Shown here in pieces: positions 49,501-62,932 of a DNA stretch of 64,000 nucleotides. Position 1 is the stretch's first letter. Every line of letters starts with the position of its first letter. Origin of the DNA: Phaeosaccion multiseriatum (Eukaryota > Protista > Ochrophyta, other classes); NCBI GenBank assembly GCA_965112735.1, contig OZ218953.1, positions 1,240,001-1,304,000 of the forward strand. Direction: 5' to 3'. The notes beneath the pieces were generated by a model. The model was not told the DNA's origin. It saw nothing but the letters and a program-made list of their open reading frames with translations, and ran no database searches. Position numbers and translations under genes: made by a program.

Positions 49501-52500
49501 GGTTGGGGGTTCGGTTCTATTAGATTTCACACGCACACACACAAAACACACGCACACACACACACACACACACACCTGTACTGCTCTTTGTTGCGCAGCC
49601 CCTCGATCTGCGTCTGCAGGTCCACGAGCAGGGACTGCGTGCGGTGCCCCCGGCTCAAGGTGCCACGCTCAGTCTGCAGCGCATCCCTCCTGCGCATGTA
49701 CGCGCGCACATACACACACATGCACACACACGCAGCGATAGAGAGAGGGGGCATGTACAGCAGGGAAAGGGGAGGGGGGGGGGGGGGACGGAAGAGAGTG
49801 TAAGCAACACAACATTGCTTACCAACCACAGGCTCCTTCTCAGGCTCCCTCTCGCACATATGCCATGCCCTCCAACCTCGACCCCCTGCTGCCCCCCCCC
49901 CTCCTACCCTCCCGTCCCGTCCCCGCCCGTCCCCTCCTCTCCTCTCCTCTCCTTTCCTCTCCTTTCCTCTCCTCTCCTCTCCTCTCCTCTCCTCCCCTCC
50001 CCTTCCCTCTCCTCTCCTCTCCTCCCCTCTCCTCTCCTCTCCTCTCCTCCCCTCTTCTCACCTCTTGGTAAGAGCAGTGTATTCCTTCTCATCCCACCGA
50101 TCCGCCTTTCCAGCATCCTTGGACGAGGTCCCCCCGGTCATATTGCCCGCCTTGCTGATCAAATCCCCTTGCAGAGAGACGCACTTGACATTCTCCTTCC
50201 TCCTAAAGCAAAGATCCCTCGCATCCTGCAGGCGGTCCGCCACCACTGTGTTGCCTACAGCGAACATGACGGCGGGCTTGAGGTCGTCTTCGCAGGCGAT
50301 AACGTCCGCCGCCAGACGGAAGTTCTCTCCCAGGGCCCGCAGCCGCTCGTTGAGAGGCTGCATAGAGCGTATATACACGCAATATACATGCACATGCAGG
50401 GGGGGGAGGGGGGGATAGGTGGGATAGGGAAGGGGGGGGGGGGTGAGGCAGAGGAGAAGAGGCGGAGAGCATGAGGGTATGAGTGAGGGTATGAGTGAGG
50501 GTATGAGTGAGGGTATGAGTGAGGGTATGAGTGAGGGTATGAGTGAGGGTATGAGTGAGGGTGCGCCTCCCCCATCCATCCAACAAATCACCCGCTCAAT
50601 CACCCACTCATTCGCTCATCCGCTCATCCACTCACCCACTCACTCACCCACTCACTCACCCACTCACTCACTCACCCAGACACCCATCCATCCATCCATC
50701 TATCCATCCACCCACCCACCCCCCTACCCACCTTCGGTCGAATGTCGTCTAGCGGGATGAAGGTAGCGGTACCGATGCGCTGGTCCCGCATGTACTTGAT
50801 GCAATCAAAGCCGCACGCCTTAGTGTCCACCACGATGGCATCCATGAACTTGCCTGGGGGGTTGAGGGGGGGCAGGAAGGGAGGGGAGGGGGAAAGGTGA
50901 GAGGAAAGGTGAGGGGCAAGGTGAGGGGGACGATGAACCATTGAAGACTTTGCTCAGACGTACTACTCGCTCACTGACTTACCCGCAGCAACGGTAACGG
51001 CCATGTTGTACTTTCGCTTGGAGGGCTTGCACAGGTCCACGAGGCGGCCTCGCACTCCGGGGAACAGCCTAAAGGGGGTGGGAGGGGTTGGGAGGGGAGG
51101 CAGTGGATGGCAGTGGATGGCAGTGGATGGTGGCAGGGAGGGGAGTGGGGGGTTAGAGAGGAGGGGCGGAAGGAGGGGATGGGGCAGTGAATGGGTGGCG
51201 TGTGGGGGGGGGGGCGGGGGGGGGTGTGCTGGCAAAGAGAGTGAGAGAGAGAGAGGCTGGCAGTGGATGTGAGGGCAATGGATGGGTGATGGCCGTGGAT
51301 GGGTGATGGCCGTGGATGGGTGAGGGCAATGGATGGGTGAGGGCAATGGATGGGTGATGGCAGTGGATGGGTGATGGCAGTGAATGGGTGATGGCAATGG
51401 ATGGGTGATGGCCGTGGATGGGTGATGGCCGTGGATGGGTGATGGCAGTGGATGGGTGATGGCAGTGGATGGGTGATGGCAGTGGATGGGTGATGGCAGT
51501 GGATGGGTGATGGCAGTGGATGGGTGATGGCAGCGGATGGGTGATGGCAGTGGATGGGTGATGGCAGTGGATGGGTGATGGCAGTGGATGGGTGATGGCA
51601 GTGGATGGGTGATGGCAGCGGATGGGTGATGGCAGTGGACGGGGGGTCGATATCGATAAATGTGTGTGCTGCACCCACCTCTTGAGTGCCTCGAGGCATT
51701 CCGCCATCTTGTCCTCTTGCTTGGAGGAGCGCCGCATGTCCTTCGCGTCACGCATCTTCACCGTGATCTGGATAGTCGGGTGGGGGGGGTGAGGTTAAGC
51801 GGCGTTAATAGGGGGTGAAGACCCTCTGTCCCTTTTGCTCTCTCCATCTCTCTCTCCCTCCCTCTCGTTCTTACCTCTTCCAGCTCCTTGTCGATGGCGT
51901 CTGCCTTGGTCCTGTCCTCCCTCGTTTTGCTACTGAGCTCCTCCAACTCTTCCTCCAGGCCTGTTCGCTCGGCCGCTACGCTCTGTCCGGTGGTCGGGTG
52001 GTCGGGTGGTCGGGTGGTCGGGTGGTCGGGGGCACAGAGAGATCAATCAGACGGAGAGACAGATAAGAGACCACAAAAAAAGCGTGCCCTTCTCTCCTGC
52101 TCTCCCTCTCAGCAGACAGGCAAGCAGGCAGAGCAGATGGTTCCTTTCTCTCCTACTCCCCTTCTCTCCCTCCCTCCCTCCCTCTCTATCTACCTTCATG
52201 GCCTTGGCTGTGGTTGTCCTCCTGTCCTCGTACTGCCCGATGAGGTGCTGGCTGTGGGACAGGCGCTTCGTGAAGTCCGCCTCCTGCAAAGAGAAGGGAA
52301 TACGAGTGTCAGGTGGATGGGTGAAGGAAGGAAGGGAGGGAGGGAGGGATGGGTTGACGGATGGATGGACGGATGCGTGGATGGATTGATGGATGCAGAA
52401 AGATGGATGGACGGATGGATTGATAGATAAGGATAGATAGATTGATTGAGAGATAGACAGGTTGATTGATGGATAGACCCATTGATACATGCATGGGTGG

Positions 52501-53386
52501 ATGTATGGATGGATGGATGGATGGATGATGGATGGATGGATGGATGGATGGATAGATAGACAGATAGACTGATAGAGAGGCTGTACGCACACCTACGTCA
52601 TGTCGCACGTACTACCCTGCCCCACCCTACCCTACCCTGCTCCACTCTTGCCCACCCTACCCACACACCTCTACCCTTAGAGGCCCACCTTACTGACAAG
52701 GTCCTCCATCTTGTCTCTGTTGGTACCGAGCTGCCGATTGCTGGTGTCCAGCTCTTCTCTCAGCTGCTGTGTCTGCTGTCGCACTTCGGCCTTGAGCCGT
52801 TGGTACTCCTGCGCCGTTTGCAGTGCAGTGAATTCACAGGAGGGAGTAGAGAGAGGCGGCACAAGCAGGTAAGCAGGTAAGCAGGTAAGCCAGGCAAGGT
52901 AGGCGCGGCAGAAGCAGGTGGTATAGTGGTGGAGCGTCAACACCAAGTCATCAAAAGGCGAGGCGCATTTCATGGGAGGGAGGGAGGGAGGGAGGGAGGG
53001 GGGTGCGGTATGAGAACAAGGTGCTTACATCTTCACGGGCCTCGTCCATCTGGGCCTTGGATGTCTCCGCCGCCCTTGCCGCCTCCAGCTTGCCCTCCCT
53101 GAGTGGGGAGTAGGGGAGGGGGGGGGGGTGTTAATTCATTCGCTTCTTGTCCTGATACTGGTAGTGGTCGGGAGCTGTCATGTCTGTCATTAAGTGCTGC
53201 CTCTCTCATTCAGCGACAAGGAAAGGAACAGGGAATGGAAGGGAAAAGAAGGGAAAGGGAGAGGGGAGGGCGTGGCGGTCAAAGGGAAGGGAAGGGAAGG
53301 GAAGGGAGGGCAGGGGAAGGGAGTGAAAGACAGTGGAGGGCAGGGGAAGGGAGGGCAGTAGACGGAACGGATGGCAGTGCACGGAC

Positions 53387-53450
<64 letters not shown>

Positions 53451-53686
53451 GTCCTTGGCCTCCTGAATAGCCTCCTCCAGCTCGGCCACGCTCTGTGCCT
53501 GCTCGTCTCCGTCGGCCTGCATCTGCTCCACCTGTGTCTCCAGCTCGGCGATCTGCCTCTCGGCCTGGCTGATCTCCTCCTTGATGCCCTGTACGGTGAG
53601 ACACATCACAATGGCATAGCGGGACGGATGGGAAGACGGACGGACGGACGACCGTTTTAGTAGTTAGGTGGTAGCAGCCGACTGGA

Positions 53687-53737
<51 letters not shown>

Positions 53738-56322
53738 CTCGGGCCGAACGGCATCTAGGCCATTCCGCCTGTCAGCCAGCTCCTCCTCCGCCTCGTTCAT
53801 TCGGCGGGTCGCGCCTGCCACACCACAGAGGCAGTGAGTGGTTGAGTGGTTGGTTGGTCGGTTTCCGAGAGGGGGTTGGGGGGGAGGGGTTGGAGTAGAA
53901 GCACACACGCATATACACACGCACGTGCGCACGCCCACTTTCTCGCACATACGCCAGCACCTGCCCTCCCCTCCCCTGACAACCTGACACCTGATACCTG
54001 ACACCTGACACCTGATACCTGACACCTCACACCTGACACCTGACACCTCACACCTGACACCTGACACCTCACGCCTCACACCTGACACCTGACACCTGAC
54101 ACCTGACACCTGACACCTGACACCTGACACCTGATACCTGACACCTAACACCTAACACCTGACACCTGACGTCTGACACCTGATACCTGGTACCTGATAC
54201 CTGATACCTGACACCTGATACCTGACACCGAACACCCGACATCCCCCCACATCACTCCCCCACACCAGACACCCCACACATCCCTGGCAAACAAACACAA
54301 ACAACTATCCTCTCCTAAGCTTACGTAACTATTCCCATTGTAGTAGCGAAAGAGTTTCGACACACCTGCCCTTTCGGCCTTGGCCTTCTTGAGCCTCGAG
54401 TCCACCTCTCGGAGCTGCTCCTGCACCTCCCCCAGCTCCTCGTGCATGAGGGACAGCTCCTTCTCGTGGCCCTGGCTCTCTCTGTCCAGGTGGAACAGCT
54501 GTACGAGGTAGTGGTCTCGCCGCAGCTGAGCCTGTGAGAGGTGGAAGGGGTGAAGGGTGAGGGGTGAGGGGTGAGGGGTGAGGGGTGAGGGGTGAGGGGT
54601 GAGGGGTGAGGGGTGGGATGAGGTGATGTGTGTGCAGACAGTGTGGTTTGTTTTGTTTTGTCTGTTTGTCTGTTTGTTTTTGTTTTGTTTGTTTGTTGTC
54701 TTCTTAACCAGTACGTAAACCAGTATTGGATAATCAATCTGTGGCGAAGGGTTATCATCATTCTGTGAACAATAGGTTAATCACTGGGGGTGAGTATTTC
54801 GTGAGGGTTACAGACGATCGATACGCCGAAACGCTGAAACGTACCATGGTCTCCTGCTTGTTCTGAAACTCCAGGGCCTCTTCCTTCTGCTCCTTCACCT
54901 CCCTTTTCTCCACCTAACAATAAAAGGAACAAAGGCCAGGGGGTGCGTGATTGGGTGTTTTAAGGTGCGGGTGAGGTGTGCTCGGGCTGTGCTCGGGCTG
55001 TGCTTGGGCTTTGTATGGGCTTTGTATGGGGTGCCCGTTCCTCTGCTTACACATGCACACAAACACACACAAACACACACACATGCACACACACACACCA
55101 TGGAGGCCTGTTTCTTCTTGAAGGTGAGCTTGGTCATCTCCTTTGCGTGCTCCTGCTCCTTCTTCACCGCGTCGTACTCCCTCTTGAGCTCGTCGCTGGC
55201 GCTGATCTGCTCGAAGAGCGTAGTGAGCTCCATCGGGCTCTTGCTAGCGATGCCGTCCACGTCCCCCTGGAACACGAGGAATGTCTTGGCCTGAGGGAGG
55301 AAGGGGGGGGGGAGTGGGTGAGGGGATGCAGGGCGTGGAACGGAGTGAGTGAGTGAGTGAGTGAGTGAGTGAGTGAGTGAGTGAGTGAGTGAGTGAGTGA
55401 GTGAGTGAGTGAGTGAGTGAGTGAGTGAAGGAAGGAAGGGAGTGAAAGGCGTGAATGACTCTCTTCTCTCTTTCCCGCTCTCCTTCCCACCCACCCTCCT
55501 TCCCTCCCTCCCTCACCTTGACGAGGACGCCGATTCTCCTGAGCATCTTATCGTACTTGTCGAAAGTAACGTCCCTCCCGTCGAGGCGGTAGGTGGAGGT
55601 GCCGGTGGCCGATATGACTCTACTGAAGTGGATCTCTTCGTTCTCGTCCATGTCGGGAACCTCGTCAGGCCCCACGGCGTACACCTGTTGGATGTACGCA
55701 TGCATGGAGGGAGGGAGGGAGGGAGGGAGGGAGGCAAGGGAGGCAAGGGAGAGCATGAGTAAGTGAGTACGCCGTTGGTTGTATGCATAAAGCGTGAATT
55801 AAAGCGTGAATTTGTTGCATGAAAGCGTGAATCTTCTTTCATGTTTCTCCATATGCGCTCTTTCCTTCTCGCATTGGTGGCAATTATCTTACGTACCAGC
55901 TTGACCATGGCCCCCCTCCTTGTGCTGGCAACAGCGGTGGCGGCCTCATTTCCCTCGGAGCGGAACACCAGGTCGGAGAGCTTTTGAGAGCGGAGCTTCT
56001 TGGACTGCACGCCCAGCACGAAGCTGATGGCGTCCATCACGTTCGACTTGCCTGGGGTGTGTGCCATGGGGGGGAGAGGAAGAGATGAGAGAGGGACCAG
56101 GGTCCCGCGCCAAAGGGCCATGCGCGGTGTGGCAGGTGGTGAAGTGCCGGAGGGGATGGACGGCCCATAGCTTTAACCGAAGGGCAAGAACAGAGAAGCT
56201 CTCATACCTGCCCCATTGGGCCCAATGATGGCTGTAAAGTCCTTGAAAGGTCCGATAACCTGCTTCCCTCCATAGCTCTTGAAGTTCTCCACCTCAATCC
56301 GAACAAGGCGCCCACCCCCCAT
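45982..56322 (-). CDS. SMC1: Structural maintenance of chromosomes protein 1 (cohesin subunit), ~23 exons
   Basis: N-terminus [46 protein letters not shown]; FLVFQGDV; hinge [31 protein letters not shown]; signature LSGGERT; Walker [13 protein letters not shown]. Exons join in phase. Confidence 0.96.
50471..50561. repeat. 12-bp minisatellite (GAGGGTATGAGT)n, SMC1 intron
   Basis: About 7 perfect copies. Confidence 0.95.
51260..51640. repeat. 17-bp minisatellite (GATGGGTGATGGCAGTG)n, SMC1 intron
   Basis: About 22 near-perfect copies. Confidence 0.95.
53983..54230. repeat. 7-bp satellite (CCTGACA)n, SMC1 intron
   Basis: Seen directly. Confidence 0.93.
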
Positions 56323-57026
56323 CCTGGCGCAGGGCAGTACAAATCGCTCTCCTGAGGAGAGCTCACTCGGACCCTCGCCCCTCCCTGATTGTTATCCCCC
56401 CCGCCCCTCCCTGATTGCTATGGCCGATCCTCCCCTCCCCTTTGTCAATCGCAAGCTTCCCCGCTGCGCTGCCTGCTGCTTCAAGAATAGACAGGTCGGA
56501 CGGAGGGAGGGCGAAAGACTGGGAGTTAGAGAGGCGAGAGGATAAGGCGGACGCAATGGTAGGTGTGGGGTTATAAGAGAGGAGATGGGTTTGTTTGAGG
56601 GGGTGGGGGGGAAGTCGAGAAGATTTGCCCAAGTGGCGGGGAGGATGAGGATGAGCGTGTAAAGGAAAGAGCCCAAGCATATCAAACAGCTGAGAAGGGT
56701 GGGAAAGGACTGACAGAGAAGAAGAGGAAGACAAAAGGGGCGGGAAAAGATGGCGGGAGGGAGGGGGGAAGAGGGGGGGGGCGGGAATACCTCAAACCCG
56801 CATCGCACCTGCACGTGTTCAACTCTCTCTCGCCCTCCTTCTCTCCTTCTCTCCCTCTCTCTCCTTCTCCCAAGCCGATCCCTTTCTCTCCCTTCCTCTT
56901 CTCCTCTCTTCTTTTTTTAGGAGCTCTCTCGTTTAAAAAGCCGCCCGCTGTGATTTTTGATGGATTCCACTGTCATCACTTCCAAATCGATCGACGACTC
57001 TGCTCGCGCACCCAAGACGATATATA

Positions 57027-57759
57027 ATGGTGGCAACCCTGTGTCCGTGGCCCGTTATTCTGCTGGTCACACTGCTGCTGCTACTGCAGCTGCCGCAGCC
57101 TGCCTCCGGCTTATACTCGCTGGGCATCCGAGACTCGATCATGATTGCCCACAGCTTCAAGGGGGAGCAGTTCGGACCGGCGCAGCAGGCAAGTCGCAGA
57201 GCGAGAAATGAAAACGAGGGAAGCATCAATTTCAGACCAGGCTGGGATACGCGCGTGCGCAGGATTTGCGAGTCCGAGCAAAAACCATTTCGTTCCTCCT
57301 CCTCCCCCTCCTCCTCCTCCTCCTCCTTCCCATGCTGCTGCCACCTAACTAACCTACGAGGCTACCATGACCACGATCACGACCACTCACGACAATCAAT
57401 CAATCAATTGTGTGCAGATGCATGGGGCTACCTACACCGTCGACGTTGAATTCTCAAGCTCTGAGCTTGTGCCCGACTCCAACTGGGTCATTGACATTGG
57501 ACACGCCAGCGACATGCTTGGCAAGATCCTCTCCAAGTACAACTTCAAGAACCTTGACACGGTCTTCCCTGGCGAAAACACCACCACAGAATTTATGTGC
57601 AAGCAAATCTTTGACGAAGTGGCCCAAGCAGTGTGCGGAGGAGGGGGTGGTGAGGGGAGTGCAGATGGTGAGAAGGAAGAAGGCTTTCGGGGGTCGGTGT
57701 GCGTCAAGCTCTTCGAGAGCCACAAAGCGTGGGCATGCTACTCGGGAACGGTCGGGTGA
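57027..57759 (+). CDS. 6-pyruvoyl-tetrahydropterin synthase/QueD (COG0720)-fold protein, atypical bacterial-like subgroup, with N-terminal signal peptide; exons 57027-57188 and 57418-57759
   Basis: Spliced YSLGIRDSIMIAHSFKGEQFGPAQQ|MHGATYTVDV..VIDIG..NFKNLD..NTTTEFMC..LFESHKAWACY. Phase-0 GC-AG intron cag|gcaagt..gcag|atg. Confidence 0.88.
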
Positions 57760-58179
57760 AGGGCATGATGCTACATGTACTCGTGAATGAGCCAGAAGAG
57801 GAGGAGAGTGGAGGAGGGGGAGAGCAAAGGGAGGGGGGAGAGCAAAGGGAGGGAGGGAGGGAGGGAGGGAGGGAGGGAGGGAGGGAGGGAGGGAGGGAGG
57901 GAGGGAGGGAGGGAGGAAGGGAGGGAGGGACAGAGGGAGAGGGAGGGGGGGCGGGAGGACTTGAAAGCTGACGGTCGGTTTTTAACCCCCTCCCTAAACT
58001 ATCAACTATGGCTGACCAGCACCGATTCCCCCTTGATTTGAGTGAGAATGAATAGCTGCTGTCAAGTGCAGACTACATTAAGGCTGCTCTCGTGCGAGCA
58101 AGCATTAGTACGGCGTGACTGGTGCAAAATATAGCTTCAAAAGCTGCTGCTATTTATTAACTTCAGCGTCGTGTCGCCG

Positions 58180-61100
58180 CTATCTGGTGGTCTGAGTCAG
58201 TGCTTGTGGCTGGGCTGCTTGTGCGAGCAGCCGCGTCCTTTGCTCCGAGAGAGTGAGCAGCTCCTGACACTTGTACTGGGCATCTGCGGGCAGCATGGCT
58301 TGCAACTGAGATCGGAGGCGGCGGTCACGACGGGTGGGGTGGGGCAGGGCAGGATAGGGTAGGGTAGGCAGAGTCAACCTCAAACTTCAAATTCCTCAAA
58401 CACTACTGAACCCATCCCCATCGACTCACTTGAACGAGTCACTCGAAGCAGACAGCAGACAACGCACTCACTCACTCCCTCACGCACATACTCACACACA
58501 CTCACCCACACTCACTCACTCCTTCAACCCACTCAACTCACTCACTCACAATCACTCCCTCCCCCACTCACTCATACTCCCTCACTCACCTGCGCGTAGG
58601 CGGCAGGCTCCCGCTCCACCGCCCCCCTAAGAGTCGCATAGAAGAAGCAGAGGGCGTCGACATCATCTATCGGCGAATGGAAGTCTTCCTCCTCCTCCTC
58701 CTCCTCATCCCACCACTCGTCGGACACCTCGGCCTCTCTGAGCGACTGAAGGTATGATATGTCGCTTCTATTGACAATGTCCCGCACCTCCTCCCCAACC
58801 CCGTCCCCTCCACCACCGTAGCCATACGCCTCGTCCTCGTCTTCCTCCCCCTCCTCCTCATCCTCCTCTGCTGCCGCCGCCTCTGCTGCCGCCTTGCCCT
58901 CCTTCTCGTTCTTTATCCTCTCCTGCTCCTCCACTAGCCCCATTGACCCCACCACTCGCAGCAGAATGCCCGGCATGGCCCCGGCTACCTCCTTGGGGAG
59001 TTGGTTCGTCGGAATGAGCATAATGCTCAAGAGACCTAACGCCGCCAGTTTGTCCGTCAGCCCTCCCTTCCCGAAGGGGCCTGCTGACGCTGACGCTGAT
59101 GCTGACGTGTCACCTCCCTCGCCTGCTGCCCCAGTATTGCCCACAGGAGCATTGTCTCGGGCAGCGCCCAAAGCATCCGTAGGAGTAGTACCTCCTCCTC
59201 CTCCTCCTCCTCCTCCTCCTCCTCCTCCTCCTCCTCCTCCTCCTCCTCCTCCTCCGGCAGGTACAAATGGGCTCGGGCTGCTACTACTGCTGCTACTACT
59301 GCTACTACTACAAGCAACATTGCTGCTGCTACTGCTGTTACCGCTGCCGCTATTACCACCACCGCCTCCTCCTCCTCCTCCTCCTCCTCCTCCTCCCTCC
59401 TCACCCTGCGCCAGCACCCTGAGTACAGTCTCCAGGAGAGACGCCGTGGCCCCCCGACTCTCTAACCATTGCAGAGTGAGCACAGGCTGGTAGTAAAAGG
59501 CAGAGCACGCCACATCCACCAGAGCGTACGTCACCGCGGACCCGTTGATGAAGGGTGTCTCGATTCTCGCTTTTCCTGCGTGAGCAAGGGAGGGAGGGAG
59601 GGAGGGAGGGAGGGAGGGAGGGAGGGAGGGAGGCAGGGAGGGGAGGAGTGAATTGCAGGGGAAAACTAATGTACAATCAAGACTTACGCACGCTGCGCAG
59701 GCTCAGTAACTCACTCACTCACCCACTCACTCCCCTCCCTTCCTCCCTCCGTCCCCTCCCGTCTCCTCCCTCCCTCTTACCAAAGCGTTTGGTGGGGAAA
59801 CCCATGGTCTGACTCGTCTCATTGAAACGCTCCACCTTCTGCTCCGCTGTCTCATCCATCCTCGCATGATCTTCCATCCGCTGCCCTAAGTAATCAGGCA
59901 CAGGGCCCAGATTGAGGCGACAGAGCACAAGGTCCAGACACACGTGCAGGTAGGCATCTATCGTCTGTCTCTGCCCCTGCCCCTGCCCCTCGGCATGCCC
60001 CTGCCCAGGTGAGTGGCCCTGCCCAGGTGAGGAGGTGTGCAGCACGCTCATGAGGAGCTGAGCACCGGCACACACCTGCGTGTTGGTGCGCGTTGGGTGT
60101 TGTGTTGGTCAGGTGTTGGTCGAAGGAGGGGGAGGGGGAGGGGGAGGAAGGGGTGTTTTAAAGGAGTTGTTGGAGGATGGGGAGGGTTGGAAAGGGTGTA
60201 GGGGGGTGAGAATCGAACCGAACCGAACCGAACCGAACCGAACCGGCTTGAATCAATGCCCAGGGGGCTCTCCTCATGAAAAACATCCTCTCCCCCCTCC
60301 TGCCCGCCCCCCTCCCTTCCTTCCTTCCTTTCCCCTCCCCTCACCTGGCAAGGGCTGTACTCAGGGTCCAAGAAGGCTGTGGTAACGAGGTCCAATACCA
60401 TATCGACCATGGACTTTCCCGTGTCAGGGTCCACGCCGCTGAGGAAGACAGGGGTGCCTCGGGTGACGAAGTTGATGAAAGGCGTCAACATTCGCTGCAG
60501 GTACTCACACGCCCTGGGGGGGAGAGGGGGTTCGATCGATATCAAAAGGGTGAAGGGAGTCGACATTGGAGGGAGGGATCGATATTAGAGGTTAGAGGGT
60601 CGGTATTAGAGGGTAGAGGGTCGATGTTAGAAGAGGGGGGGGACGATACAAGAAGGTAGAGGGTCGATATTAGAGGGTAAAGGGTCGACATCAGAGGGTA
60701 GAGGGTCGATATTAGAGGGTGGAGGGGGTCGATATTGGAGGATACAGGGGGTCGATAATAGAGGGTAGAGGAGGTCGATATTGGAGGGTAGAGGAGGCCG
60801 ATATTGGAGGGTAGAGGGTCGATATTAAAGGGTAGAGGGGGTCGATATTGGAGGGTAGAGGGGGTCGATATTGGAGGGTAGAGGAGGTCGATATTGGAGG
60901 GTAAAGGGTCGATATTAGAGGGTAAAGGGTCGATGTTAGAGGGCAGAGGGTCGATATTAGAGGGTAGAGGGTCGATATTAGAAGGTAGAGGGTCGATATT
61001 TGAGGGTAATGGGTCGATATTTGAGGGGGAATGGGTCGATACAAGAGCGTAGAGGGTCGATCATACAGCGTAGGCCCCCCACCGCTCCCTCTCCTCCCCC

Positions 61101-62247
61101 TCCTCCCTCCCCTCCCACCCCTCCCACCCCCCATCCCAACTCACCACAAAGTGTGCGCCTTGTACATGAGGGGGAAGATGGTCCACAGCTCGGCGCTAAT
61201 GTGGTCGCTGTAGTACGTCAGAAAAGCGGTTACATCCAGGGCATTCTCCAGGTACTCAATATAGCGCACACTGGACAAAATCTCCCTCAGCATCGGCAGC
61301 AGGTGCGGCTCCATTAAGGCGTACAGCACACCGCACTGAGCACTCGCCGCTTGTGCACCACCACCGCCACTCTGTTGCGTGCCCACGCACGACTGGAGAA
61401 CTGTGCATACTGCCTCTATACACTGCGCTGCTGCCATGGCCGCCTCGTCGTCGTCTTCGCTGTCTCTGGCGTACATCACAAAGTACTTTTTTAAAGAGCC
61501 CGTCGCGAAGGAAGGGAAGGGAAGGGAAGGGAAGGGCAGGGAAGGAAGGGCGAAGGTTGAAGGGGAGGGAAGGGAAGAGAAGGGAATGGAAGGGAAGGGA
61601 AGGGAAGGGAAGGGAAGGGAAGGGAAGGGAAGGGAAGGGAAGGGAAGGGAAGGGAAGGGAAGGGAAGGGAAGGGAAGGGAAGGGCAGGAAAGGAAGGGCG
61701 AAGGTTGAAGGGCAGGGAAGGAAGGACGAAGGGCAGTGCAGGTCAGCGTACAGTGCAGCATGAACGAGTATTAACGCGGAGATGAGGTGAGGTGAGGTAG
61801 GCAGGTAGGTAGGTGGACAGGTAGACGCAGGTGGGTGGGTAGGTTATGTAGGTAGCAGCACGCTCACGCTCCCCTCGCTCACTTCTCACACCCACCTCCC
61901 CCCCTCCCCCCCTCCTTCTCTCCCTCCTTCCCTTCTCCCTCCCCATTGTACCTCAGCGAGTCTTTGAGCGAGAGTGACGGCATGAGGGGCGATGGAGTCG
62001 CTGAAGCGCGTGATGATCGTGTCCAGGGCCTGGACCACCTGTTGTGATGGAGGAGCAGGAGCAGCACGTGGTGTGTGTGCGTGTTGGGAATCCACGGACG
62101 GCATGGATAGGAAGGATATGATGCGGACGCAAAGTCAAGGGAAGGGTGGATATATGCCAGTTGTTGTTGTTGTTGTTGTTGTTGTCAATGCTATAGCTCT
62201 TGTTGTTGTTGCTGGTGGTGTTGTTCTTGTTCTTGTTGTTGTTTTTG

Positions 62248-62279
<32 letters not shown>

Positions 62280-62896
62280 GGTGGTGGGTGTTGTTGTTGT
62301 TGTTGCTCGCTGTTGTTGTTGTTGCTGCTGCTGCTGTCGTTGATTGCCAAATACACACTCTCTTCTCTACACTTACTCACTCGCTCGCCTCTCCAGGGTC
62401 AAAACATCACGTGCACACGCACACGTACGTACCATGTCGTTGCCAATCTCATGCATGATCTGAAAGTAAGCATTGAGGATGGCCTCGAGATGGGGCAGCA
62501 ACGCTCCCTCCGCTCCGTCCACAATAAGCAGCGACTGAATGGCACTGGCGGCTTTGATCTTCACTGGGAGAGCGGGGTCGCCCAGGGCCTTGGGGGGAGG
62601 GGGGGGGGGGTGGCAGTGGATGGGGAGGGGTAGGAGGGGATGGCAGTGGATGGGAAGGATCGTCAAGACAGGTGTGATGACAGTGGATGGTGGGGTCAGG
62701 GAGGGAGGAAAAGGCACAGATGCAGACACACACACAAAGGACACGCACACACGCACACACACACACACATGCACGCACACACGCGTACACACACACGGGC
62801 GCGCACACACACACACATACACATACACACACACACGCACACACACACACATGCACGCACACACGCGTACACACACACACGGGCGCGCACACACAC

Positions 62897-62932
<36 letters not shown>

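Noticed and set aside
53983-54612. Heptamer arrays (CCTGACA)n and (GGGGTGA)n as possible interstitial telomeric repeats
   Set aside because: They do not match TTAGGG/TTTAGGG-type units and behave like the other intronic satellites.
54700-54840. Minus-strand AATGATGA (C-box-like) in an SMC1 intron, possible snoRNA
   Set aside because: No suitably placed CTGA D box or terminal stem found.
60535-61060. Regularly spaced ~21-bp repeats resembling a CRISPR array
   Set aside because: Head-to-tail minisatellite without unique spacers, inside a eukaryotic intron, with no cas genes.
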